From the human T2T-CHM13v2.0 reference genome, Homo sapiens, in NCBI RefSeq assembly GCF_009914755.1, contig NC_060927.1: 64,000 nucleotides of DNA; one strand, written 5' to 3'. This document shows, piece by piece, positions 44,471 through 57,973 of the stretch (its first letter is position 1; every line of letters starts with the position of its first letter). A program made the position numbers and the translations under genes. The notes under the pieces were generated by a model. It searched no databases and was not told the DNA's origin. It saw only the letters and a program-made list of their open reading frames with translations.

Positions 44471-46061
44471 ATAGTACTAAAAATGGAGAAAGGTTTTTAA
44501 AAAGTTTCTTTTAACTTCTACCCATTTTCTCTAATAAATTTTTATATTGTTTTCATTCTTTTCAGCATATTCCCCGAATCAAAGTCCATGATATTTCAAA
44601 ACATCATATTGCATGTTATTTTCAAAACTTGACTCCAGGGGTAAAAAGTAAGCAACAACTTTTATTCTTATAATTCACCTGAATTATTAGAGCTGTGTAA
44701 ATCCCAGAAACTATAAAGGTGATAAGATACTTATGCTTATAACCAGCTGCAGCCTTGGCCTTTCATAGCATATTCTTTCCTGACTGATTGTAGCTGGGCA
44801 CAATATGATGACTGAAGAAACGCATTCTTATCAGTGGCACCCTTCCTACCCCTGCAGCCTTTTGATTAAGTTGCTGAGGTATAAACACCATCTATAATTG
44901 TATTCTTGTAACTGAAGATAGATGACCAAATTTGTCATCAGGGTGCAAGAGTTATTAACTGGACTTGTGCTCATAATTTCCAATGCCATATTAAAGAAGT
45001 AAAAAGAAAAAAAAAATCCACCTTCAGCTAGTTGCGGGAGGGTATGAAAGAGACGTGAAATGAAAGAGCCAGATGTCAGGAAAGAGATGAGTTGGTCTCC
45101 TTTGCCAGTGAACAGCTGTAGATCTAGGCAGGAAGAGGAGAAAAGAATACATTTATGCTCTGGATGAAATTAATATAAATCTACAGTTATATCCAGATGG
45201 TGTGATGTCACAATTTGGATTTTATAACACTTGGTTTGGTGGTAAAATGGTCAATTTCTGTACCGGATCATACTTGTAAATTCTCTAGCAAAGTGTCATA
45301 TTTTTCATGTAAATACTTCCAAAACAAAACTTATTTTTAGCATCAACTATAGGAAAGAACTCATGAGCATCCTCTTTTGGAGTTGCTTATGTAACTGTTT
45401 TCTATAAGAACTGTGAAAGAAAAAGAAATTAAAAGAAACAGTCAAAGATGTAAATAAGGAACATTCAGTTAAGATGATTGAATTAGTTTGAAGCTAGGAT
45501 AAAATCCTCAGTGGATGCTTCGAAATTTTGACTTGGGTTTAAAATGTGACTCCTTAAAGATGCTGTCAGGTGCAGATTTCTTTCATTAAGCAAATGTTTA
45601 CTCGGTGTCATCAATATAGCAGGCACCATTATAGGCCCCAGTGAAATGGCTATGAACATCACAGAGATGAGGTTTTATAAGAAAGACAGAAAAATATCAA
45701 ATAAAACAATGATATGTTGTTGCTAATGAGAAGCAAGTTACAGGTTTTGAGAGAGCCAGAGGACTGGGGCTTATGGTGGTTTTAAATAAAGTGATGAAAT
45801 GTCACCCACAGGTAGACATTTGAGCAGAGACCAGAAGTAACTTAATAAGCAATTCATGAGGTATCAGCTATATTTTAATACCAAATTTAATCACTGAAAA
45901 AATACATGTGTTAAAGTGAGTTAACTGACCTCCATCACCATTTGTATAGTGAATATGAATGGTGGTGAGCAGGCTGGGATTATACAGATTGGTTTGGCCA
46001 ATCTAAGCCTAACACTTGAACCAAGAGTGGGTTCATTTCCAAATGATCAACCAGACGTAAT

Positions 46062-46136
46062 TGGTGCTATTCAATGTATTTGATGCTACTCAATGTATTT
46101 GACGTACTCAAACGTATTTGATGCTGCTCAATGAAT
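46062..46136. repeat. Minisatellite, 19-bp unit x4
   Basis: Variants of TGATGCTACTCAATGTATT. Confidence 0.85.
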
Positions 46137-46239
46137 GAAAGATGAAAGCATCTAGGGAGACAGCCACCACTGTTTATTAAAACTATTAGGGTGGTTTTAA
46201 CATACTAGCAATATAAATATTTAGTTGATCAATGCTAGT

Positions 46240-46497
46240 TGCATTCGTCACAGTTCTCCAGAGAAACAATTCCAATATGGTATGTGTGTGCATATTTACA
46301 TATGCACACACACATATATATGGCTGTGAACATTACAAAGATGATGTTTTATGTGAAAGACAGAAAAATATCAAATAAAAAAAGGTATGTTGTTGCTAAT
46401 GAGAAGCATATATGTATATATACACAAATACCTATACAAATATGTGTATATATACACACACTCACATATATACATATATATAAAACGCATGTATATG

Positions 46498-46539
<42 letters not shown>

Positions 46540-46883
46540 TTTTTTGTTTTGCTTTGTTTTTTTTTGAAGGAATTCACTCACGGGATTGTGAAGACTGGCA
46601 AGTAGCCTCTAGGGGAGGCCTACAGGCTGGAAACTCGGGCAGCAGTTAGTGCTGTATTATTGAAGCAGAATTTTTCTTTCTTCTACAGGAAACTTTAGAA
46701 TTTGCTGTTAAGGTTTTGAACTGATTTGACAAGGCCCCCCCACATTATCAAACATATTCTTAAAGTCAGCTGATTTTAGAGTTAGTCACATTTACAAGAG
46801 ACCTTCACAGCAACACCTAGATCAATGTTTGATTAAATAACTGGTACTACAGTCTTACCAAGTTGACACATAATGCTATCACA
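46240..46883 (-). mobile_element. MLT2D-like solo LTR with expanded (TA/CA)n tract
   Basis: GTTCTCCAGAGAAACA...ACCTTCACAGCAACACCTAGA...CCAAGTTGACACATAA...ATCACA. Confidence 0.87.
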
Positions 46884-47009
46884 GATCAGCCTCTTTTACA
46901 GATGCATGTGTGTTTATTAGAAATGTGTATCAATTTTAAAGACAGGTATGTTGTGTACATGTTGTGGCTAAATCTAATGTAATGAATAGTATCACTTTAA
47001 AAAGTTATG

Positions 47010-47314
47010 TTTATTTATTTATTTATTTACTTTTGAGACAGGGTTTTACTCTCACTCATGCTGGACTGCAGTGACATGACCACAGCTCACTGAAGTATTG
47101 ACTCCCTAGGCTCAGGTGATTCCCCCACCTCAGCCTCCTGAGTAGCTGGTACTACAGGTGTGCATCACCATGCTTGGCTAGTTTTTAAAATTTCTTTTAG
47201 AGATCAGATCTTGCTATGTTGCTCAGGCTGGTCTTGAACACCTGGGCTCAAGCAATCCACCTGCTCGGTCTCTCAAGGTGTTGGGATTACAGACATGAGT
47301 CACCAAACCTGGCC
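47010..47314 (-). mobile_element. AluJ
   Basis: (TTTA)n tail and a dimeric antisense Alu with CCTGGGCTCAAGCAATCC. Confidence 0.93.
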
Positions 47315-48379
47315 CATGAGTAATATCTAAGATATTATCTAGTTGCCATAATTTACAGCCACTAAGAGTAATAATACTATCATGTGAGAGGAGAGAATAA
47401 AAATTCTGAAAAGAGCAACAAATAATTGTTTACAGAAAAAGGTAAGTATTAGCATATATAAGCATCACTATTATATGCTATTTTAATTGGAATAAGAAAA
47501 TCAAGTGAGATAGCATATCCATTCCAGTAACTTAGAAATCTCTCTTGGTGTGAAAGACTACAAATTCATGTTGAGTAGGAAGTAGTTTGGATAAATTTCT
47601 AGTAAGTTACATGCTTCACTCTCAGGAGAACACTTATCTTGAAAGAAGAAAAATGGAAAAGAGTCAACAAATTTTTAGAAACCATAAGACAAATTATTGA
47701 AAGCAAAGTAGCATACTCTCAGATGTAATGTGATATGCTATGATAGCAATACATAAATCATTAATAGCAATCTATAGCTGTCTACAAAATAAAGTGGTAA
47801 TTATACCAGTATATTCAAGAGATTCATCTTTAGTAGGAGTAGTTTTTTACTTTTGCAGATCTATATCTCTTTGGCTTTTTACTTTGGTTGCCAGGTTATG
47901 ATTGTAGTGATATGAATTTGAGAAGCAAGATCTGGTAGACACTTTGATTTAGTATTTCTAAATATAAAAATGAAGTCAGCATATATTTTCTATTAGTGTA
48001 TTATAAACTTTGCAGTTGAGTGACTATGAGGACCATCACATCCATAGATAAGACTATTAATTGTCACTAAATAATGTCTTAAGTGAGTAGGCAGCAAAAG
48101 CTATTTGATTTCTTGTTTATATGATCAACACACTCCACTAATAACTTTTTGTTCAAACTTCATATTTTTGTAAGACACAGAATTTTTCCAGCGTGTAAAT
48201 GCAGAGTCAGTCAGAGACTTAGGGAACTGCTTACATGGTAGTTCTAGAGGAGTTACAAAATTAGATATGCACTTTATAAATATACTGTAAAAGTTAAATT
48301 AGAGAGACTGGAAGTCTAGAGTCAGAAATAACTGCAATAACGCTGTCAGCACAAAAGGTGACAGGTTGGAGAGGAAAGT

Positions 48380-48713
48380 ATACCTGTGTTGATGCAACTA
48401 TTTAGTGATACCTTTACTGTGGTGGTAGATACATGAACCCACGTATTAAAATTTTATAGACCTAAATACTCTCTCTCAGAGAGAGAGAGAGAGAGAGAAC
48501 AAATAAAACTGAGGGAACATCAATAAGATCCGTGGACTGTTTCAACATCGATCAATATCCTGGTTGTAGTATTATATTATAATTTTGCAAATTATTACCA
48601 TTGGAAGCAACTAAGTAAAATGTACCCAGGAGCTCACTGTATCCACTGTATTACTTCTTAAAACTATGCCTGTGAATCTATAATTATCTCAATAAACATT
48701 TCAATTAAAAAAA
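48380..48713 (+). mobile_element. Old L1M (L1MC/MD-like) 3' end
   Basis: CAATATCCTGGTTG...TTTTGCAA..TTACCATTGG...TGTGAATCTATAATTATCTCAATAAA followed by an A-tail. Confidence 0.75.
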
Positions 48714-49758
48714 GAGAACTTGGTAATTGATGAACTATTGAAGCAAGATAAATGGAAAGTTTAGGCTGACACTCAGATGTAGGCTGACACTTTGGGCAAA
48801 TGGAGATGCCATTCATTAGGATAAGAAGTTGGAGAGAGGATCAAATTTGAGAAAAGTCATTGTGCCTGTGGAGGCTGTCCATTGGTCAGTTAAATAAATA
48901 AATCGACCTGTAGCTAAAGGGAGAGGCTTCATCTGGTGATACAGGGCTTACGTTCATCAGAAAAAGTTAGTGTTTGCAGACATGAGAATGCATAAGATTG
49001 CCTGCTATTTATTGTTTTCTAATATTTTAGGGTTTTAGCCCTATCTGGAAGATAATGAAAATACAAACTATGAAAACTCATAGAGCTCAGAACAGTGACA
49101 TAAAATATTGCTTTAGTATTCTTATTGAATCCCCCATTGTCCATAATAAGATTATCTGTGAAAGATGACACTTGCTCTGCTCTTTTTCGCCAAGAGCCTC
49201 TTGGGATGAGTTCTTTCTACAAAACTCAATCCTCAGGAACTGGTCTCCAAAATTGAGGGCTGAAAAATTTACATTGTAAACATTGATGCAGAATTTCTGA
49301 ATTTAAAACATTTCTTTATAACTACTATTTTACTATGCAAAAAAAAAATTTGAGTATTTAAAGACCAAAGGAAGATGTAATTGAAAATAAACTATAATAA
49401 TGAGAAATGGTTTATAGATTTAAATTTAAGAGTTCAATCGAAAATCACAGAGAATACTATTTTACTCTTTCTCTCGGTTTTATAAGATATTTAAAGATGC
49501 CTGTTGTATAGACAATTCTCATGCAGTTAAAAGCAACTTCCTGGAATAATAGTATTAATCACTTTCCCACGTTATTTAGGTTGAGATCAACAACAATAAA
49601 ATGAATCAGTAGTAGATCTTATAAAAGGACACAATTAAAAAAAAACCACACTAAGCTTTTTGAATATGTACTGTAGTTAGCAAATATTTCAGATACTTTC
49701 TTATAGATATTTGTATCATATGGTATGAGTTGCTATTATATGAAAAAGACTTACCCTG

Positions 49759-50039
49759 AGCCAGGTGCAGTGGTTCACGCCTGTAACCCCAGCACTTTGA
49801 GGGATGAAGGTAGGAGGATCCCTTGAAGTCAGGAGTTCAAGATTAGCCTGGGCAACAAAGTGAGACCTCCTCTCTGATAAAAATGAAAAATAATAATAAA
49901 AAATGTCCAGGCATGTTGATGTACACTTGTAGTCCCAGCTGCTAGGGAGGCTGAGGCTGAAGGATTCCTTGAGCTCAGGAAGTCAGGGATGCAGTGAGCT
50001 GTGATTGTGCCACTGCACTGCAGCCTGGGTGACAGAGTG

Positions 50040-50086
<47 letters not shown>

Positions 50087-50107
50087 TACACACACACACA
50101 CACACAC
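49759..50107 (+). mobile_element. AluJ followed by (CT)n(CA)n microsatellite
   Basis: Dimeric Alu to about 50045. The A-tail is replaced by CT and CA repeats. Confidence 0.93.
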
Positions 50108-50150
50108 GCAAGGTATGGTTGAGTTCTCTAAGATTAAATTGTATTAATTA

Positions 50151-50428
<278 letters not shown>

Positions 50429-50439
50429 AAGTTAACTTT

Positions 50440-50938
50440 TGTGTTAGGCCACTCTTGCATTACTATAAAGAAACACCCGAGACTGGGTAATTTATAAGAA
50501 AAAGAGATTTAATTGGCTCATGGTTCTGCAGGCTTCATAGGAAGCATGGCCCTGACATCTGCTCAGCTTCTAGAAAGACCTCAGGGAGCTTTTACTCATG
50601 GCAGAAGTCCAAGGGAGCACAGGCATCTCACATGGTAAGAAGGGGAGCAAGAGAGAGAGTGGGGCGGGGAGGGACCACACACATAAAACAAGCAGATATC
50701 TCAAGAACTCACTCACTACCGAGAGGACAGCATGAAGTCATGAGAGATCTGTCCCCACGACCCAAGCCCCTCGGCCCAGCCCCCACCTCTAACATTAGGG
50801 ATTACAACTCATAACATTAGGGATTACAGCTCACAACATTAGGGATTACAACTCATAACATTAGGCATTATAACTCACAACATTAGGGATTACAACTCAA
50901 CATGAGACTTGGCCAGAATATACAATGAAACTGTATCA
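50440..50938 (-). mobile_element. MSTB-like MaLR solo LTR with internal 22-bp VNTR
   Basis: GAGACTGGGTAATTTATAA...TTGGCTCATGGTTCTGCAGGCT...CTCAGGGAGCTTTTACTCATGGCAGAAG...TATCA. Confidence 0.9.
50791..50903. repeat. VNTR, 22-bp unit x5
   Basis: AACATTAGGGATTACAACTCA(T/C) at 50791, 50813, 50835, 50857 and 50879. Confidence 0.95.
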
Positions 50939-51272
50939 GTTTGTTAACCAAAATATGCAATTGATCAGAATACCTTTAATTCCTTCTTAAATCAAAGTTT
51001 CTTCTATGTGTGCACACACGTGCATATGTGTGTGTGTGTGTGAACACCTCATAAAATTTAGAAATAACTTATATGTATTCTTATGATGGTCATTTCTTAG
51101 GTTTATTTTCTATAATATCTACTTGGCCCTAAACTTTGTGCCAAGGAGACAGAGATATAAATGCATTGACTAAATAGAGAATAAGAGAATGGCAGGCACA
51201 TTATTATATGATGTTTACCTAATTGATTCTCCCAAATTGTGAGGATTCCAAGGAAATTGCCACCAAATGCAT

Positions 51273-51533
51273 AGTTATTTCTGTACTCTCCATATTGTAT
51301 GTGCTGATCGCTATTGTATAGTGTATTTCATAGTGCACAATTCCTTTCTCTCACTGCATACAGTTATTTCTGTACTCTCCATATTATATGTGCTGATCGC
51401 TATTGTATAGTGTATTTCATAGTGCACAATTCCTTTCTCTCACTGCATACAGTTATTTCTGTACTCTCCATATTGTATGTGCTGATCGCTATTGTATAGT
51501 GTATTTCATAGTGCACAATTCCTTTCTCTCACT
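51273..51533. repeat. Tandem triplication, 89-bp unit
   Basis: AGTTATTTCTGTACTCTCC at 51273, 51362 and 51451; copies are nearly identical. Confidence 0.97.
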
Positions 51534-53195
51534 TATTATATCAGTGCATCCTCCATATGTTCATAAGTCATCAAATAAAGGGTTATGGGGTGGGGGAAAG
51601 ATAGAACAATGTGTTTGAAAGAAATTTTTCATTTTAAATTTATGCCTGTGCCATTGGAAAACAGACAAAAACGCTTCACATATTTCAGCACTTGGTATAT
51701 TTTATTGAGTCTCTTGAAAATTTTTTGGAAAGTCATATTTTCTGTTTTTTTCTCTCATCATCCACTAATCTGTTAGCCTAGAGAAACTCAGATTTACACC
51801 CTTTTAGTTTTTTTTATCCTAACATACAACTACAGCAAAAGTTGCCTCTTCTTTTGTATTAAGCGTCTTATCAAAACTAAACACTTTTTTTTTCCAACAT
51901 AAAAGTTTCTCCATTTTATGGTGTCTTTGTAAGATATATGCATGATTTTGATTTGAATCAATTTTAATATTCTTTAATCTGTATATTTGATATTTGATGT
52001 TCACATTAATGCTTATTCTAAGTTCTTATTTTTTCTGCATCACTAATCCTCAATAGCAATACATTTTTATCCAACTTTATATTAAAAGGTAACTGTTTTA
52101 AAGAAATTTCAGTTTCAGAAAGCAAAGCAATCTTACATTCTTACATTTTAAAAATCAATGTAAATGTGACATTTACCGAGTACCAGCACATTATTTAAAC
52201 TTTTACGTAACTTATAATACTTTATAAAAGTCACCTTAACAAAAGAAAATATTGTTAAGAATCACAAATGTGAAATATAGCTATCTGTGGTTATTCATAA
52301 TGTTATTTGTAAATATCTGGTTTCTTTCATGGTTCTGTTGTTATTGTATCTAATTTTACTCTGTTCATTGATCATTTCTTCATCTCCTTTTTTAAATTTT
52401 CAGATATTTTTCTAAAATGTGTAGCTTATTTTAGTTCTCTTGTTTGATTCGTCTTCCTCACCACAGATTATTCTCAACATATAACTGAATATAGTCTCAA
52501 AAAATTATTTTTCTAAACAGCTCTACCTAATTCAGATGACCTGCTTTAATTTATTTCTCCCTTATTTTTTTCTACTAATAGATGTTTGACTGTAATTGAG
52601 TGTAAGCTATAATGTAGGCTTGGAATTTTTCAGCAATGACTATTGTTTCCTTTATTTTGGAGAGAAAAGTCATCACATTTTATCAACTTTTCTTGGCCCC
52701 AATGGTTATCATTTAGTTAAAAAGACTAGGAACATCATTTCAGACACATTTATTTCTCTGTTGACTAAGACTGAGTATTATTTTTGTAAAAGTTAAATAG
52801 TTCTTATTTTAGACACAGTTAGGGTGACCTAATCTCACTATGCTTTGTTTTTTAGGCTGCTGGTGTTTTTTGTTTTGTTTTGTTTTGTTTTGCTTTTTGT
52901 TTTTTAAATATATTCTTATTTCAGGAAAAATAGGAGAGAAAGTATGACATCAGATCCAACTAAAAGAACTTGGGATCAGAAATTACAGTAAATTAAATCT
53001 AATCTCCACCTCCTCATCAATGTTAGTCATTAACAATTTATTTAATTCTCTACACTTAGTTCCTTATTTATGAAGTGTAAAGTTTATTCACTGCATGCTT
53101 CTGGGCAGATACAAGACTAAAGAAATAAGATGGGGGACCAGTTACAGAAAGCTCACAAATGTTTATTCAAATCCAAATACTTATTTGGATTTATC

Positions 53196-53705
53196 TGTTT
53201 GAGAGTCAGTTCTATATAGATTCTCATGTGTCCATACATCTTGTAAGCAGAGGCCCTGGTGACAATTGCTATAGACTACATTTTTAAGACAGACTGCCTA
53301 GAAAGTTAGAGATAGTGTTTTCCTCCTGAACAGAAGAAGTACATTTGTTTACTGTTCAGTATAGTAAAGATAATGTCCCTCTCTGAGACAAATGTAGAGA
53401 AGCTTTGCTTTCAGTCCTTATAAGAAGTGGTGGTTTCCTAAGCTTTGGGCTCCTTAGCTGTGATGCAGATTCACTGTGCGCAAGGCATCCCCCTGGGCCC
53501 ATGTTCACACCTCCTCCCACGTGACTTGGTCAACAAGAAAGACCCGAGTGAACAGGAAGCTTATGCTGCCTGCTAAACCTGGGTAATAACATCCCTTGTT
53601 TCTGACCCAGGAGTCTTGTGTCTGCTGGCAGCATCAGTGAATCTGTCAGGCTAACTTACAAACTCATAAGCAGGGTAAAACCTAGACTTTTCATAGTTTA
53701 TGACA
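53196..53705 (+). mobile_element. LTR40-like ERVL solo LTR
   Basis: TAGAGATAGTGT, CAGTATAGTAAAGATAATGTC and TCTGACCCAGGAGTCTTGTGTC; TG...TGACA termini. Confidence 0.8.
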
Positions 53706-54896
53706 ATCTGGTATGAAATTGAAATGGTAGACAATAGAGATCTTTATTGATAAAAATAAATGACAAGGTTATTCTGGATTCCTAAAAAAGTCCAGACCTA
53801 GACAACACATTTGTCAGTTTTTATGTAAAGCTGAAACCATAGAAAGTATCACCCTGCAGAAAAGTGCAATGCTGGTCCAGGTGAGGAGCAAGGATAAGTG
53901 TATGCGGAATCCCAGTGCTGATATGCGAGAGCCACATGAACTTGTGGATGGTTCTAGAGAGATGCAGTCACTTTAGTAAATGCAAAAGGTGAACATTTAC
54001 TCTAATTTATATAAATCCCATAGGGCTGATGTTGTTTAGTATGGGAGGTAATGACCATGGAAGTAGAAAAGAAAATAATAAAAACTCATATTCTAGAAGT
54101 CAAAGGAGAAAAAAAGTTCTCTACAATGATCGGTGATATTACCAACATCTACAGAGGTCAAATTTGAGGAAGACTAAAAATACATCTTTGCTTTGATTAA
54201 TATGTGGAAATTGGAAATATTTCAAGATCATTTTCATTTTCATTTCAAGATCATTTCATTTGATCATATTTCAAGATCATTCATACCCTCATTGGTGAGG
54301 GTATGAATCCAAATAGAATGGATTAAAAAACCGATAGTGTCAAATATATGTTTCTTAAAGATAAAATCAGGATTTATACAAATATAAAACAGACCTATAT
54401 CAAAGTTTTTATTTAATTCATTAATTAATGAATGAACCAGTAAGAGAGCACAGTTAGTTCAAAAACAATTTCAAAGGATCGCACAATAATGCTGAAATGA
54501 ATTTACCATCACACACAATTTGCATTTTTGTTAGTGTTCTACATCTTACAGAATTATGAAGTAGCTCAAAAACAGTGAAAGATAGCAATAAACCTGAATG
54601 GTCCACTAGAAAGAATCTCATACTATTTTTTTCCTGTTTCCAATTTTTTCCCACAATTTTCATAAAATAGGATATAAGGAAATATTGAAAGTGAGGGTAG
54701 AAAAAATGTAGGGCTTCAAGACTAATTTTTGCAACGTACTGTAGTAAGAAAGATACTGAAATGGGAGTTGGGGAAGGAACAACTAGATAATTGTATGATT
54801 TTGAGATTTAATTCAACTTTCAGTCTGAATTTCTTAACTACAAGGGGAGTTTCAACAGAACCTTAGTTGTGCTCAAATTTTTCTTTTAAACTAAAT

Positions 54897-54897
<1 letters not shown>

Positions 54898-54943
<46 letters not shown>
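54898..54943. repeat. (TG)n(TA)n microsatellite
   Basis: Read directly from the sequence. Confidence 0.97.
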
Positions 54944-54944
<1 letters not shown>

Positions 54945-55026
54945 AATGACAGCTTCCTATGAATTCTAATATAAAGAGAGCTCTTCTGTTTGAAGTGGTG
55001 GAAGAGAACCTAGGGTACCCTTCCTT

Positions 55027-55073
55027 CTTTACCTGGAGAGTCTTTACCTGGAGACTCTTTACCTGGAGAGTCT
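55027..55073. repeat. 15-bp unit x3
   Basis: CTTTACCTGGAGA(G/C)T repeated. Confidence 0.93.
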
Positions 55074-56964
55074 TGTGTCAGTTTTCAGAACCAAAATTTT
55101 AATTTCTTATATGATTTTAAGGGTGGCACAAATTTTTCTCCTTCAGATAATACTATGTGCCATTTTTTTGGGGGGGAACTATACTTGCTCTCAGAGTTTA
55201 AAGTTATGTTCACAATTTGGATTTAATATACAATTATGTTATTTTGTTGTATAACCAACACCCCATCTCCAACATGCCCAAGTTGACTCTAAGGGATGAA
55301 ATACAATTTAAAATCTATTTAATCATATGTAAATTAAATTAATGAAAAAATTTAGCATAAAAGAATATAAATAAGTCTAAAATTATTTTAATTGTACTAT
55401 TTGGTGCTATATTAAATAAGCCCTCTCCTCATCGTAGAAAAAATACTGTGTGCATTTTTTTAGTAGATTGTATGTATTAGAATGTATTTTTCATGCATGA
55501 TATACTTGATATATTCTATTTGAAATAGCAATTCCTGGTATACTATTTATATTTCATAGTAGGTAGTACTTGAGAAAGACCATCATATAATTGGTGAAGA
55601 AAATGATATGAAAGTATTTTATAGAACAGGTAGCTTTCTTTTAGATCCACATTATATACGATTTTTGGAGGAGATGTATAGCATGGCTCATTGAAATACA
55701 AAGATACTTTTAGAAATTATTTTTATTTAATTGTCTTTATGCAGAGCATGCTTGTTGTCACATTTAGAAGCCTGTCACGTGGTGGAAGGTGAATTGTCAC
55801 ATTGTTCTAATCAACAGAGCTATGCCAATACATTTTCTACTTCAGTCTCTCTTACCTTTGCATATACGTCTCCTACGTTGCCTTATATTTTATACTTCAG
55901 TAAACTAGACAATTGTATTTAAAAGCTAAATCCAGAACATTTAATACTTATTAAATATTATAATGTAGTTAGTATGAAAGAATATGAGTATTTGGTGACT
56001 TACATAAAATTTAACGAGCTTTGCTTTTTTTTTTCCCCATCAATTCATTTACTAGGTGATTTTACTCTGAGATAATGCCAAAAGGTAGATGACACATTAC
56101 AAAATTTGAATTTCCATGCACTGTCTGCTTTTTCAAAGGACAGAGGTAAAGTTTTTCTGGACCAAGAACACAGCAAAAGTACATAAAATGGAAAAGGTTG
56201 TTTTCATTGACTTTGACACAGCTGAGTTTCTGGCTTTGGTAGAACCTTGGGTCTTATTTTTCTGGACTGCTCCTTTACTCTCCATTTTGTTACCTTTGGT
56301 CCCCCTACTTATATACTTGGGGTTGTCCCTAAAGCTGGATGTCAGCTTTTCTAATCTCCCACATGTAATATTTGAAAAAGTTAAACTTATTGCAGACAAA
56401 TTGGGAAAAAGTATATTCCCTGATAGTCTTCAAGAATCTCAGGCTCTAAAAACGTATTACAAACTCAGATGTTTCCAGGGGTCATAAAAGGTAACAGAAA
56501 TGTAACCAGATCAAGTTTAAGAAACAATAGAGAATAATCAGGACTTTGGGCTAACTACAGAGCAATTATGCTTGGTAGGGCACAGCTACTGCATACTTCT
56601 ACCAAATTGGTTCCAAATCTTCTAAAAATTTAAAAAGTTGGAAATTCAAGTTTTTATATAAAATCTCTTGGCTGTTAAATATTGGCAACTACTTTAGAGC
56701 AGCAGCAACCACATCACACAAGCTATCTCTGCTTGCCAAACTCAACATGCCATCAGTACCAGATAGGATTGATAGACCCAAGAAATCTCCCGAATATTGT
56801 ATTTCAATCATCCATGTAGCCACATTCCTAGCCCTCAGTAAGCATTGTTCTCCTGGTTACTACTTAACTGTAATACTAAAGTGCTTGCTTCTCCTCTTTC
56901 TAAATAAATTTCACACAGTTGCAAAAATCACCAACAAGCACCGTTGAATCATGGTACAATAGTC

Positions 56965-57251
56965 CTTTTTTTTGGGGAAGGGTCTTGCTCTGTCACTCAG
57001 GCTGGAATGGTGCAGTGGCATGATCCTGGGTCACTGCAGCTTGGAACTCCTGGGCTCAGGCGATGCACCTTTGCCTCGCAAATAGCTGTGACTACAGGCA
57101 TGCACTACCATACCTAGCTAATTAAAAAAATGTAGGTACAGAGTCTTGCTGTGTCGCCTAGGCTGATCTCAAACTTCTGGACTCAAGGAATCCTCCTGCC
57201 TTGACCTCCCAAAGTGCTGGGATTACAGGTGTGAGCCACCCTGCTTGGCCC
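56965..57251 (-). mobile_element. AluJ
   Basis: Antisense dimeric Alu with degenerate TSD core ACAATA. Confidence 0.92.
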
Positions 57252-57424
57252 AGCACAATATTTCTTAGCCTACAGTGATAACCAATTTGAGGAGGCCTAC
57301 TGAATTGGAATTCAAAAGATCTAGGTTTCATGATTTTGAACAAGTAATGAAAACTTTAATGAAATAAGTTCCACTTTACAGGTTTATTGCAATGACAAAA
57401 TGGGACAATTCATGATAAAGCACT

Positions 57425-57973
57425 GACCCAGCCATCCCATTAGTGGGTATATACCCAAAGGATTATAAATCATTCTACTGTAAAGATACATGCACGTGTA
57501 TGTTTATTGCAGCACTATTTACAACAGCAAAGACTTGGAACCAACCCAAATGACCATCAGTGATAAACTGGATAAAGAAAATGTGGCACATACACACCAT
57601 GGAATACTATGCAGCCATAAAAAAGAATGAGTTCATGTCCTTTGAAAGGACATGGATGAAGCTGGAAACCATCATTGTCAGCAAACTAACATAGGAACAG
57701 AAAACCAAACTCCACATGTTCTCACTCATAAGTGGCAGCTGAACAATGAGAACACATGGACACAGGGAGAGGAATATCACACTCCTGGGCCTTTCAGGGA
57801 GTGAGGAGCCAGAGGAGGGAGAGCATTAGGAAAAATATCTAATGCATGTGGGACTTAAAACCTAGATGACAGGTTGATGGGTGCAGCAAACCACCATGGC
57901 ACATGTGTACCTATGTAACAAACCTTCACGTTCTGCACTTGTATCTCAGAACTGAAAGTGAAATTAAAAAAAA
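57425..57973 (+). mobile_element. L1PA8-like 3' fragment inserted in a MIR
   Basis: CTTAAAACCTAGATGACAGGTTGATGGGTGCAGCAAACCACCATGGCAC. TSD ATAAAGCACT / ATAAAGAACT. Confidence 0.93.

Noticed and set aside
46239-46649. ORFs with HTHTHT/CVCVCV runs
   Set aside because: Microsatellite translations.
47436-47441. 6-nt plus-strand microexon (TTTACAG|AAAAAG|GTAAGTA)
   Set aside because: The donor is perfect, but the pyrimidine tract is weak and there is no evidence of a plus-strand host gene.
50791-50903. Interstitial telomeric repeat
   Set aside because: TTAGGG occurs at most once per 22-bp LTR-derived unit, not as a tandem telomeric array.
53169-53192. 11-bp-stem palindrome AAATCCAAATA-CT-TATTTGGATTT
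   Set aside because: Short and AT-rich, with no functional context.
56116-56487. Overlapping 123-aa and 88-aa ORFs on opposite strands
   Set aside because: No recognisable domain or convincing splice boundaries; compatible with chance.
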